NCBI GenBank assembly: GCA_048013815.1
Contig: CM106586.1
Location: 3,534,001 to 3,598,000 of the forward strand
Origin: Setoptus koraiensis
Taxonomy: Eukaryota > Animalia > Arthropoda
DNA: 64,000 nt
Reading direction: 5' to 3'
In this document: positions 1 to 10,936 of the stretch, in pieces
Layout: each line of letters begins with the position of its first letter
Numbering within the stretch: the stretch's first letter is position 1
Notes under the pieces: model-generated
Database searches by the model: none
The model's input: only the letters and a program-made list of their open reading frames with translations
Told to the model about the DNA's origin: nothing
Program-made: the position numbers and the translations under genes

Positions 1-414
1 TGTTGCAACATTGTGACAGTTGTTGCAACACTGTCACAGTTGTCAGCTGATTATGTTGGGTGGCGCACACACAACATGACGATTGCGACACAGTGATGGC
101 AGTAATCGGGACCAATGAGCCTGGCCACTGTTTGTCCATCGGTCTTGCCATATGCCGGCACTAACAAACAGTGCACAGTTGGCATAAACTGCAACAATCA
201 ACAGCCGACTGGCATTAGTCGCTGTCGCTGTCTCTGTGTGTAACAATAATGCAAGCATCCGTTTCCGGTGTGCGCCACAACACACCCAAAGAGCACCTGT
301 TGCTTGTTGCATAAAGTTGGCCGCTGCAAGTTGTGCAGCTTGGTCCGTTCTCACTTGTGAGTCTGGCTGGTCGCATGGCCATAATTAGCCGGCCGCTCAT
401 CACTCTGTAATACA

Positions 415-467
415 GAGTCTGTATTACGGAGTCTGTGTTACGGAGTCTGTGTTACGGAGTCTGTATT
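415..467. repeat. Tandem repeat, 14-nt unit GAGTCTGTRTTACG, about 3.8 copies
   Basis: Units read directly at 415, 429, 443 and 457. Confidence 0.9.
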
Positions 468-654
468 GCAGATTCTGTAACTTTCTCTGTCTGTACCGTG
501 GTAACTTGCACTGTCGTTGTTGCTACTGTCGCTGTTGTCGTTGTTGTTGTCGCTGTTGTTGCTGTTAACTGTTGGCAAGCAACGCAAGCAACAGCAACCG
601 CCCATGGCCCACACTGATGACAGGTGCATTTCGCAACACTTTTGTTGTGTCTGT

Positions 655-721
655 CTCTGTCTTATTCTCTGTCTTGCTCTCTGTCTTGCTCTCTGTCTTG
701 TTCTCTGTCTTGTTCTCTGTC
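655..721. repeat. Tandem repeat, 12-nt unit CTCTGTCTTRYT, about 5.6 copies
   Basis: Units at 655, 667, 679, 691, 703 and 715; they produce the spurious RQRT/LCLV ORFs. Confidence 0.9.
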
Positions 722-1269
722 GGCCTTTGTCTAGCCATACATGCCAAGCTGCATGTATCAAGCTAGATGCGCCCAGCCACACCAGACACAGAGCTGGCAA
801 GCTAGTTGGGCTGTGGGATATCTCATAAGTTGTGAGTGGCAACATGATGAGATGGCTCGTAGGATGGCTCGTAAAATGGCTCGTAAGATGGCGAAATGGT
901 GCGATTACGCAACAGCTGCACAGTTGGCACAACAGCCATGCCAGCAACAGTTGCCGGCTACTGCTGCTGCTGTTATATAATGTTATATAATGTTATATAA
1001 TACATGATGCAATGCAATATATAATACAAATTGTATGATGCAACAAGTCGTTTCGTCGCTCTCTTGTCGTCGTTATAATACCGGCACATATAATACATGT
1101 AATACATGTAATACATGTATGTAGTGTGATGGCGACCAAGAGCGGATTGTGCCGCCATTTGCCAGAATTGTGCCCAGTCACTACGGCAGCCAGTGAGAGA
1201 GACTCTCTCTCTCTCTCTCTGAGAGAGCGGCCATGCAAAAAAGCCAACAACCAAAATTCTATCACTCTA

Positions 1270-1397
1270 TCATTGCATCATTCTATCATTCCATCATTGC
1301 GTCATTGCATCATTGCATCATTGCATCACTGCATCATTGCACCAGTGCACCAGTGCATCAGTGCATCAGTGCACCAGTGCATCAGTGCATCAGTGCA
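1270..1397. repeat. Degenerate 8-nt tandem array drifting from CATCATTG to CAGTGCAT/CAGTGCAC
   Basis: Seen directly; the unit sequence changes gradually along the array. Confidence 0.8.
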
Positions 1398-1650
1398 TCG
1401 CTCGATCATGACGCTGGCAACATGGCAGCCGAATTGAATTGAATTCAATTGAGCTCGCTGCCAACAATCTGCGCGCAATCTCTGGCAAGCTCTGGCAATC
1501 TCTGGCAAGCGCGATGCTGGCAATTGTGTAGCCGCTCTCTCTCTCTCTCTCGCTCGTCGTTGTCGCTCTCTTGTCGCCTTTGTTGCTACCTGTACACGAA
1601 GAGAAAGAGCGACAGGTAGGCTGTTTGGCAGCCTCAGAGCCTTCAGAGAT

Positions 1651-1722
1651 TCGAGAGACTCGAGAGACTTGAGAGACTCGAGAGACTCGAGAGACTCGAG
1701 AGACTCGAGAGACTTGAGAGAC
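1651..1722. repeat. Tandem repeat, 9-nt unit TYGAGAGAC x8
   Basis: Eight consecutive units; source of the SLE/SRV periodic ORFs. Confidence 0.9.
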
Positions 1723-3095
1723 TGGCAGCCCGTCAGGGGCGGCGTCGCGGGGGCAGCCAACAGAACGAAACAAACTCTTGTTTCGCCTCATTCCATTTGT
1801 TGCCACTTTTGAATTGATGCAACAATCGCAGCGCTTGCAACTGCCGCATGCGAGTGCCCGAGCTTGCCATTTCTAATCGAAGCGGCGCTCGAAACGTTCG
1901 AAACGAGTGAGAGAATCTTGTTTTTCTCGCTGCATCTCTCCGCGGCCGCCAACTAGGCTCCACATTGGCATCACATGCGCATCACTCGCTTCGAGCTTCG
2001 AGCTTGACAGACAGCTGTTCGAGTCAAAACAGCGCGCTGTCACAGTGCTGTTGTCGCTGGCCGCTCGGTGGCTGTGTCATTGTTGTTGGCGCTGTTGTTG
2101 TCGCCGTTGTTGTCGTTGTGTGTCGAGCGCATCGTCGCCTGTCAACTATCCGCCGGCCGCTCCACGCCCAGGCCCGGCCAGTGGACGGGCTGCACTCGAG
2201 CCCCGAAGCCGGAGGGTGCGTCCATTCAGTCGATTGGCCGGCCCGGCTCGGCGCCGCTAACTGCCAACTGACTTGCGAGTCTCACAAGCTGTTGTCAGAG
2301 ACAAGCTGTGTCAGCGAGAAGCTGCTGAAACTGAAATTGGCTGTGATTGGGCTGGTCGTTGGCACTCGTTGCTGCGACCAGCGTCACTGGGCTGCTCAGA
2401 TCTGTATTTGGCCGGCCGGCGAGTGTCACAATTGTTTGGTCTCTTGTTTTGCCCCCTGTTCAGCGGCGCCCGTCATCGGCCCGAGCGCCGAAACAGCGAC
2501 CGAACCAACGACCAAACAGCGACCCAAACAAAGCCAACAATTTGTTTGTCAGCCTCGCGAGCTGACAAACAAATTGTGAGCTCGCCAAGACGTCGCAATG
2601 GCGAGCTTGTGGTCAATTGCTATGTGCGACAAAATGGCTCGCAAATGCTCGCTCGACAGGGGCTCCGCTTGCACGCATATATCACATATCTCACCTGATG
2701 CATATCGCCGTATTTGCCTGCGCTCGCTGCAGATATCGTATCCGATCGTCTTGTCGAGCTTCGCCTTGGCCGTGGCCTCGAACCGAAATGGCGGGCACCA
2801 TGACGGGCCAGAGTTTGCGGCGAATGGGCCTGATCGAGCATGCAACCGCAACGTCGTGTCCATGCTGCCGTTGTGTTGGTAATCGCGTTGTCGTTGTCAT
2901 GCTGTTGTTGTCGCTGTTGCCGTCGTGTCGCTGTTGCTGTTTGTCGAGGCGCTGTATGACCTTTCTCTCGTCTGTCGCATTCTGTTGGCAACAGACCGTC
3001 GCTGCGCCTCTGTCCATCTAGCCATTGTGTACAACGGCCATTGTCAATTGTGGCCGCTGCGCAAGCCGCCGCTGACCATCACAAGTTGCGCACAG

Positions 3096-3753
3096 GTGAG
3101 TCCGATTGTCAATTGGGCCGCTCGCTGCGTTTGCTGATCGTGACACACTGACGCAACCCCGGCTGACATTGCCTTGCATAATGCTGCCGTCATAATGTTG
3201 CGCAATACTGGCATAATGTTGCGCAATACTGGCATAAGGTTGCGCAACATTATGTTACGCAACACTATCTCGCCATATCTGCTGTGTGTGTGTGTGTGTG
3301 TGACAAACTGGCCATATGTCACACACTGGCCGCCGGTAACAGGCGAGTCGGGCATGCCGAAAATCACGGCCACTAGGGCTGCAACAATTCGCACGATGGC
3401 TCGGGCCATGCGTGCCCAGGCCAGCGCAGCGTCCGATGGCAGCAACACAATGGCCAATGGCCAGCAGACCAAATCGAACGACCAATTCAGACTGACCGGC
3501 TCGGACTGACCAATTCGGACTGAGCAATTCGGACCAATTCAGACCAATCCAGACCAGTCCAGACCAATGACAATGCGCGACACATATTATGCAATATGTG
3601 ATATCGCCGGGCTTTGCATCTCAATCTCAACTGCCGACTCTTGTCTTGATCGCAATCGCAATCGCGACGAATCGCGACGAGTCTCTACAAATCTCGACCA
3701 ATCGCAAAGAATCTCACCAATCTCTCTGTGTCTCATTGTGCTGACCGCAACAG
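3096..3753 (+). other. Putative 5'-UTR intron of the 1579-aa orphan gene
   Basis: Consensus donor CAG|GTGAGT at 3096. Branch-like CTGAC at 3741 and acceptor AACAG at 3749-3753, 28 nt before ATG 3782. The upstream in-frame sequence has a TGA at 3073, so the upstream exon would be non-coding. Confidence 0.35.
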
Positions 3754-3781
3754 GTTTTATGGGTCGCTGCCGGAAAGGACA

Positions 3782-6700
3782 ATGCGCTACGTTAGCGGTT
3801 TTGTGTTTCTACTGGCGCTCATGTTCATCATTTGCATGCTCGCCTGGCCAACAAACAACAGCTCAACAAACAGTCAGCTAATGGTTGGCGACAACAACAA
3901 CAACAACAACAACAACAACAGGCAGCCTTTGGCGGGCAACAGAAACGCACTCAACAGACACAACCACGACAATGCTGCCGATGACAGCAACCAATGGAAT
4001 AATTACATTGATGAATTGAAGCAACAGCTGAGAAAGATCAACGACAACGACGACGACATCATCGCGACACCTATCGACTCTGTAGACAGACAGGCGCTCA
4101 CAGGGGGCCCACAACAACAGCAACAACAACAGCAACATGGCGACTATCTCAACGACCCAATGTCGCCCTCTGGCGCCCAACAAACAAACAACAAACAGGC
4201 GGACAACAACAAACAACAAGTGTCCACTACTAGGGCGCCGCCAACAGGAGCGCAAGCCAATGAGGAACCGGTGGTCAGCATGAGCGCAAGTCAGTCATCT
4301 TTCAATATCAATGCTGGTCATCGCAGCACCACAACAATGCCCGGCTTGTTTGTTTCGTCGTCGGACACCAGTGGGCTCGACGAGGAACGTGGCGCAAGTG
4401 GCGAGTCCACCGGTGACTCTGGTGACTCGTCAAATGCCAGCGACAGTGATAGAGAGGCCAGCGCCAGCGATCTTGACAGCGACAACATGTCAGACGAGGA
4501 CGGCGCCCGTCTGAAGACGTCGCTTGAGTCTACCACCTCGGCCATTTTGGGCGATCTACTTAAATCGGCCACAAGTTCACTCGTCGACAATAACAACAAC
4601 AACAGACACAACAGGTTGTTCCCGGGCGACCAACAACAGGATCCCATGGACACCTCGTTCGGCCCGTTCAGCCCGTTCGGTCTGCCTCTGGGTCTGTCGT
4701 TTCCGGCCAGCATGCGGGCCATGTCGGCGCCCAAAATGTCCGGCGCCACCATCATAATAAGCAGCTCGTCGTCCGGCTCACCGGATGCGCTGTTGTCGGC
4801 GTCGAGTGGCCCGCTTCATCATCATGGTGCCCACAACCATCGCCACAGCGGCAACAACCATTTGCATCAGCACCCGCATCATCACCATCATCATCACCAT
4901 CACCATCACAAGCCGACAGAGGGCAGAGTGTCAAGCAGCCAGGCGTCCGAAGCGTCGTTTTTGATGGCAGAGCCCCCATCAATTATGGCGTCGTCTATGA
5001 TGCCATCAATGATATTCGACAAGCTGTTCAGTCAACAACAACAACGATCTGCTGCCAACGACGCAAATCCGCTGACGCAATCTCCCAGACGCAGAGACGC
5101 GCAACACGAGACGTCGCCCAAGGGCGACATTTTGATCGCTTCCGGTCAACTCAGCTCCAACGCTCCATTCTTGCCTGCTCCATTGGCGCAATTGTTTGGC
5201 TTGGACGGGCCAGGTGGCGACATGACGCCAGTGTCAATATCGATCGGCAGACAATCAATGATGGGCCCACAAGCGGACAGGGAAATGGGGCCCCTGATCG
5301 AGTCTATTCTCAGTCAGCTGACCGGTGCCAGTCAATTGAGCGGCCCGGAGCCGGATGATGAGATCGACAAGTCCGGCAAATCGATGGCAGCATTCAGATT
5401 AGCGGATAGATTGGCCGCTAAGCGTGCCAGCGGTTCCGCGGGTCACGGTATATCGATGGCTCTGACGGCGCTGCCCGCAGCCAGAGCATCTATAACCGTC
5501 ACCTCGACCATCAAGGCGGCTCCCGGCGCGGATCTGGCCACAGCGGCAGCCGACAGCGGCAAGAAATTGGCCGCCAATGCCACCCAAACAGTTTCCTCTG
5601 ACACAAACAACAACAACAACAACACAGCAACAGGTGACATGAGCACGTCGGCCAGCAACGGGGCCCTTCCGGCCCATTTGGCCAACTTTACCTCTAGCAC
5701 GGCACATCCGGATGTGAGCAATCAGCAGCAGCAGCAACAGTTGATGATGGTGATGCCGCAGAGCCCGCTTAATCCCATGCTCAAGTTTGCTGCCAGCACC
5801 CTAATGGGTCGTCTGATGCAGGCGGCGCATCATCAGTCGCATAAGTCACCGGCTTATTTGCATCATCGTCATCACAGTAGCGGCAGCAGCGTTGATGACT
5901 CCGACGACGAACCGGAAAACTATTTTGATCATCGCGCTCACTCGCCATCCAGCGACACCGCCGACAACCGCATCTCAAACAAAGTCGACCATCCGCAGCA
6001 GCCAACTAGCGGCGACAGCAGCAGCAGCACTGTCATGAAATCAATGCTCCAACAAGCCGATATTGGCCAGATGCTGCCCGCGGGCCTCATGCAAATGCTA
6101 GACGAAATGCAACGGGCCAGCAGCGGCGCAATCAGCACAATTAACGGGCCCCCGCAGATGCGCATACTGCCCAATGGTCAGCAGGTGTTCTCCATGGAAC
6201 GTATCATAGAATTGCCAATGTCAACTCAAATGAGCAAAGAAGATGAACAACAAGACCAAGATATGATCGCAAATAGCTTTGTGTTTGGCAGGCCCACCAG
6301 CCAGGCACAGAGCCGAGCCAAACAACAAGAGGCCAAGTGGTCAGAACAGGACTCTGCTTCCAAGAGCAACCGATCTGCTGCGCCGGCCTCAATAGCGGAT
6401 ATATTGCCGCACGCGTTCAGACAATTGATAGCCCATCAGGCGCAACCTCACGTGCAACTGGTGACATCGGCCAGCAACAATCATGCCCAATTTGCTGACC
6501 ACACTAATCACGCGCACAATTCTATTCCGATTCGCTCTCGATCGTCGGCTTCCCCATTTCCTGCTGACATGATGATGATGCAATCGTCGCAATCACCAAT
6601 CAATCCTATTATGGTCATGCTACACATACCGAGCTCAAATGCGGGCACCAACTCGCCAACGCAAGCCAACGATAACAACGACAACGACCAAACCGATCAA

Positions 6701-8521
6701 CCGGATGTAATGTCTTCGATGCCCTTGTTGGATGATGGCATTCGCAACATACTGGCCGCTATACAGACAAATTTAAACACTAACAATGGCAACTCTAGTC
6801 ATAATAATCGCAACTCTGCCACCCATCAGCAACATCAACACCAGCGCGACAACAATCACAGAGGCAACAACAACAATTACGGTCTTGTCAACCTGTCGTC
6901 GGCCACCACCAACGCCAGTCCAGTGCTGTTGCCGCCGGTGTTGTCGTCACTAATTGAGCCACCACTGTCGCCAAGTCAATCGGTGGCTTTTGTTATGCCG
7001 ATAGCAACTAGTAACGGTAATTATCATCATCAGCATGCCAAATCAGCTAGGCAGCAGCAACAACTATCGACAACGGACACACAACAAATGACGGACCCTT
7101 CGGCCAGCAGCCTCGGCAGCGACCCCATTTCCGCCTCTGCCGACATTATGTCCTATTCGCATATGGCACCACCGCCGCCTCTTGCCGCCTTTGCTACCTC
7201 TGGACCTCATCACCAGCACTCTGGCCACTTACCAATGGCCGGCCCGGCTTACTATAACTCGGCCTACGGTCCACCACCGCCCCCGCCTTCTGGACCGTTC
7301 TTTGCCGCTGCGGCGCCGTTCGCGATGCATCCCATGGCTCTTATGTCGCCCGTTCCTGTAGGCCCCATGGGCCCCATGGCTCCGCCGCACATGAGTCCGT
7401 TTGTGGCTGGCTCTAATTACAATTCAATTTTAGCAAAGCAACCTATGATAGGTGGCGCCAGTCAGGATGGCCCAATGATTGAGCTCAATGTAGCTGCCGA
7501 GCAATCAGTTAGGAACAGAAACAGCAACGGCAACAACAGTACAATTAAAGCAATGATAACAAAATTATATAGTCAGCAACAACAACAATCAGAGCAGCAG
7601 GCTAATAGCAACAATTTAAATACAAATCAGTCAGTCACACCTGTGATCAGTTCTCCAGCGATTGATGTAGCGCCAAGCTCGCAAAACATCAACAAAATGA
7701 CCAATCTTATGACTTCCGACACTAATGTAGCCAGTCATTTTGAGCCAGTCTCTTGGGACAACAACAACAACAATAAATACTTTAAAATTATGAAAGAAAA
7801 AGTAGCATCTCTGGCCACACAAAAGCAAGTTGTTGCAACATCCTCTCCACTAATGACTAGATCATCGTCAATTGTGATAATGAACAACAATGAAAATAAT
7901 GATTCAGACAAGACAAATGTAAAATACACAGACAGCAACAATAATGATAACAACAAAATCAACTTGAATCAAAATTATGATATTAGAAATCAGTTATTTG
8001 GTGCGCCCAGATACAATCGCCAATCGTACCGACAACAGCGCCGGTTTGACCACCAATTCTATCCAGAATCTGGACCATCATTCACCGATCACGAAATCAA
8101 CAACATCATGCAAAGCAGATTTGGCCACCCGTCGGTCTGGCAAACCAGCCAACCAGTGAACCATGACAATCAACAGGGCTCGCCACTCAACAACCTAGAG
8201 TCAAGTGGTAGCAATCAGAAAGTTATGATACTTTACGCGGACGATCATCACACTAAAAATGGTGGCAATAAAGGCGATTCGATTCAAACAGACAGATTTG
8301 ATTCGGCAGGCTTAGATCCAACACAAGCTGTTGAAAGTAGTGATAGTGTAGCTTTTGCGCCAAGTCAAGCTGATGTTAATCATCAGCAACAACAACATCA
8401 TGAAAATCATCATGAAATTCGCTACTCGGCTCCAATAAGTGAAAGAATTGCATTGGGAATGTCGGCCGCCAGCGAAAGAAGACGACTAATGTTACGAAAC
8501 GATAAATCTAAAACTCTATGA
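3782..8521 (+). CDS. Large intronless orphan protein (1579 aa from ATG 3782): N-terminal signal peptide or signal anchor followed by a low-complexity N/Q/S/H/P-rich, Cys-free body; probably secreted or type II membrane
   Basis: Uninterrupted 4.7-kb ORF. The ORF-track start at 3728 is GTG; the first in-frame ATG is 3782 (MRYVSGFVFLLALMFIICMLAWP, hydrophobic). No recognisable domain. Confidence 0.8.
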   Translation: MRYVSGFVFLLALMFIICMLAWPTNNSSTNSQLMVGDNNNNNNNNNRQPLAGNRNALNRHNHDNAADDSNQWNNYIDELKQQLRKINDNDDDIIATPIDSVDRQALTGGPQQQQQQQQHGDYLNDPMSPSGAQQTNNKQADNNKQQVSTTRAPPTGAQANEEPVVSMSASQSSFNINAGHRSTTTMPGLFVSSSDTSGLDEERGASGESTGDSGDSSNASDSDREASASDLDSDNMSDEDGARLKTSLESTTSAILGDLLKSATSSLVDNNNNNRHNRLFPGDQQQDPMDTSFGPFSPFGLPLGLSFPASMRAMSAPKMSGATIIISSSSSGSPDALLSASSGPLHHHGAHNHRHSGNNHLHQHPHHHHHHHHHHHKPTEGRVSSSQASEASFLMAEPPSIMASSMMPSMIFDKLFSQQQQRSAANDANPLTQSPRRRDAQHETSPKGDILIASGQLSSNAPFLPAPLAQLFGLDGPGGDMTPVSISIGRQSMMGPQADREMGPLIESILSQLTGASQLSGPEPDDEIDKSGKSMAAFRLADRLAAKRASGSAGHGISMALTALPAARASITVTSTIKAAPGADLATAAADSGKKLAANATQTVSSDTNNNNNNTATGDMSTSASNGALPAHLANFTSSTAHPDVSNQQQQQQLMMVMPQSPLNPMLKFAASTLMGRLMQAAHHQSHKSPAYLHHRHHSSGSSVDDSDDEPENYFDHRAHSPSSDTADNRISNKVDHPQQPTSGDSSSSTVMKSMLQQADIGQMLPAGLMQMLDEMQRASSGAISTINGPPQMRILPNGQQVFSMERIIELPMSTQMSKEDEQQDQDMIANSFVFGRPTSQAQSRAKQQEAKWSEQDSASKSNRSAAPASIADILPHAFRQLIAHQAQPHVQLVTSASNNHAQFADHTNHAHNSIPIRSRSSASPFPADMMMMQSSQSPINPIMVMLHIPSSNAGTNSPTQANDNNDNDQTDQPDVMSSMPLLDDGIRNILAAIQTNLNTNNGNSSHNNRNSATHQQHQHQRDNNHRGNNNNYGLVNLSSATTNASPVLLPPVLSSLIEPPLSPSQSVAFVMPIATSNGNYHHQHAKSARQQQQLSTTDTQQMTDPSASSLGSDPISASADIMSYSHMAPPPPLAAFATSGPHHQHSGHLPMAGPAYYNSAYGPPPPPPSGPFFAAAAPFAMHPMALMSPVPVGPMGPMAPPHMSPFVAGSNYNSILAKQPMIGGASQDGPMIELNVAAEQSVRNRNSNGNNSTIKAMITKLYSQQQQQSEQQANSNNLNTNQSVTPVISSPAIDVAPSSQNINKMTNLMTSDTNVASHFEPVSWDNNNNNKYFKIMKEKVASLATQKQVVATSSPLMTRSSSIVIMNNNENNDSDKTNVKYTDSNNNDNNKINLNQNYDIRNQLFGAPRYNRQSYRQQRRFDHQFYPESGPSFTDHEINNIMQSRFGHPSVWQTSQPVNHDNQQGSPLNNLESSGSNQKVMILYADDHHTKNGGNKGDSIQTDRFDSAGLDPTQAVESSDSVAFAPSQADVNHQQQQHHENHHEIRYSAPISERIALGMSAASERRRLMLRNDKSKTL

Positions 8522-8609
8522 GATCTTTTTATATATACATATACAGTTGATAAATATATTTTACAAGTAACTGATGTGGACAACGTTTGCGTATGTCGGT
8601 AATAAACAA

Positions 8610-9632
8610 TTATCTTGAAACTTTATCATCATCACAACTATAAAAACTTCCATCGCTGCTGAGAGTAGATATAGAGTCAGAATCTACACTGTCGTCTTTG
8701 TCACCGAAGTCAGCATTATTATAGCCGAACATTTCAATATCTGGAGGTATTAGATCGTTTAGATCGCTGTTATTTGTATTGTGCTTGTTATAAGCAATAA
8801 GCTTATTAGTTGCTGCTAAGGCTCCATCACCACTAACAATACCATTAACTGTAGTGATTGAATTGACGGTTGTTTTGGTTGTACCATTAGTAATAGGCAA
8901 TGTTTCTTGACTAGAGTAGTCACCTTGGTCGCCACCTGTGCCCGTTTTGTCTTCGGCAAAGTGAACCTTCTTCTTTTTGGCTGATGATGTGACACTACCA
9001 GCATCACTAGATCCGGCTCTGGGCGTAGTAATTCTGGGCGATCTTGCGGGCGAATTTTTAAACCTGGACCTGGTTAATCGTTCGGGCAAGATTCCTGAGC
9101 TATGATCGTATTGAGTATCCTTGAGAATAGGTGCTAACAATGGGCGCAACATTGAATTATTAGGCTGATATAAGGGTTTGTTGCTAGAACTAGAGCGTCT
9201 GGTGGTGATCGATGGTGATGCATCGTGATTGTCGAATAGAAATTGCGTTGAGCACGAAGCCACTTCATCCGGAATTTTGGGAGTATCAAATTGTGGACAG
9301 GGTGAAGGCGAAGGTGAGGGCCGTTTCTGTGGCTGCGGCCGAATAGGTGTAACTGTGTAAATGGGCGTAGTAGGCTTCTTTTTTCTAACGGGAGACTCGT
9401 TTGTCGTTATTGTGCAATTTTGACTTGCTGCTGCCGCCGCCGTCCTCTTGTTCATTAATCTAGTGATGGGCCTGGTCCTGGTTTGTAGCTTGCGATCCGC
9501 TTCAAAATCGCGATTTGATATGTCGGCTATTGTGCTCACTTTGGTCCAATCTTTGAGCAGTTTGGCCTTCTCGGGGGGATACGGCCTTAGAACCACCTTA
9601 AGTTCAATCATGGACTCCAGCATGGACTCCAT
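8610..9632 (-). CDS. Orphan 340-aa S/T/P/K-rich, probably disordered nuclear protein with an RVxF-type motif (KKKKVHF) and acidic tail
   Basis: ATG at 9632, intronless 1-kb ORF in AT-rich context, basic clusters (RKKKP, KKKK), many SP/TP sites. No family recognised. Confidence 0.75.
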   Translation of the reverse strand: MESMLESMIELKVVLRPYPPEKAKLLKDWTKVSTIADISNRDFEADRKLQTRTRPITRLMNKRTAAAAASQNCTITTNESPVRKKKPTTPIYTVTPIRPQPQKRPSPSPSPCPQFDTPKIPDEVASCSTQFLFDNHDASPSITTRRSSSSNKPLYQPNNSMLRPLLAPILKDTQYDHSSGILPERLTRSRFKNSPARSPRITTPRAGSSDAGSVTSSAKKKKVHFAEDKTGTGGDQGDYSSQETLPITNGTTKTTVNSITTVNGIVSGDGALAATNKLIAYNKHNTNNSDLNDLIPPDIEMFGYNNADFGDKDDSVDSDSISTLSSDGSFYSCDDDKVSR

Positions 9633-9879
9633 CTTGTTCCGTGTGATTTTTTTGTAAGTGTTGATCTAACTAAATATATGCAAACTTATACTACTAATAA
9701 TAAAAGTAAAATGATAAGAGGACGTGTCTCGCTAGTGCGTAGCCATGGTCGGTGTGAAATAGTCATGACGCGGTTATTTTAGCAAGGGCCTCAAGTAAAT
9801 AAACTAACACCTTCCAACGACTTGCTTGTGCGTCGCAAAAGTATATCATCGCAGTGTGCATGTGTGTGCGTGAACTACG

Positions 9880-10578
9880 ATGCTTGAATTCGCACTACAC
9901 GTACATTTTTTTGTTATCGCACTGCTTCATCTGTGTATCTGGAGCGCCAAGTTTGAACCGAGTCGTCGCGACGCGAACATCTTCTGGTGCAAATCCGGAT
10001 ATTTTTCGTTATCTGGCGCGAGTCTTACAGTAATCAGATCTGGATCCTAGTCAGACGTTATACCGCTGCGCTATCGATTATCTCACCTGGATCAAAAATT
10101 TGATTGGTGTCGGTGTGTTGCGAGTGCGATGCTATTACATTCTAGTGCGTAGAAAATGTAGCCACTGTGCAACAGAGGCAACAGGCCAGACGGCGACAGT
10201 GCCGATTTCATTTGGATACGTCTCTCGTCTTTCACTCTGAATCGTCTGAGTCTGTTTTAAACTTCGAGACAAGCCAAAGTTGTGCACAGGCCAAGAGATA
10301 AACTTGACTCGCCTTTTCTGATGCCATCCCACTAGGATGATACTGGCAAATCTGGCGCCTACCTAAGTACAATCGAATGGAACGCTCTGGAACCCGGAGA
10401 TAAATGTGATAATAGATATTCGATTGCAACTGTGAGGGGATTAGCCAAGAATATTCTAGATACGAAAGGAGGGGGCCAGGTATTCATCATGAAGATCAAT
10501 TTTGCGATGAATTCCCACCAAATAACTTTCCAAGATCGTTCTCACTTGGCCGAAGTCAGCGCGAGTTTTGAACGTTGA
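9880..10578 (+). CDS. Speculative two-exon 130-aa secreted protein, join(9880..10029,10336..10578)
   Basis: ATG 9880 encodes hydrophobic MLEFALHVHFFVIALLHLCIWSA. Weak donor ACA|GTAATC at 10030; acceptor CTTTTCTGATGCCATCCCACTAG ends 10335; 80 open codons follow in phase 0; AATAAA at 10760. Confidence 0.25.
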
Positions 10579-10936
10579 ATTCGCTCAGTTTCTGCACGTA
10601 TCGCAAGCATTCCATGTCATTATCTCAAATCCGCGACCTCATCATTCGCATATTTATTTATTTATTTATCTGCATACTTCACTCACATGTCTACAACATT
10701 GTGTAGATTTCCAGACAGCATCAACTAAACTCGATCATTATCAGGACCATGCCGGGCTGAATAAAATCTAGATGGCTACAATGAATTCGCTTGTTAATAC
10801 ACGGACCTATTATTGTGCGTGACCATTTTTGGTGAAAACCGTAATAGTATCACTACAGTGGACCACCATCAAGTCTGACAATCGAGAGACAACTATTTAC
10901 CTATGAATTGAGCGACTTCTAAAATAACTAGATAAG

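Noticed and set aside
43-3700. Many overlapping 60-200-aa ORFs
   Set aside because: They derive from tandem repeats and microsatellites, occur in all frames on both strands, and show no domain or consistent splice structure.
3728-3781. ORF-track N-terminal extension of the 1597-aa ORF
   Set aside because: It starts at GTG. The first ATG is 3782, and part of the extension lies in a putative intron.
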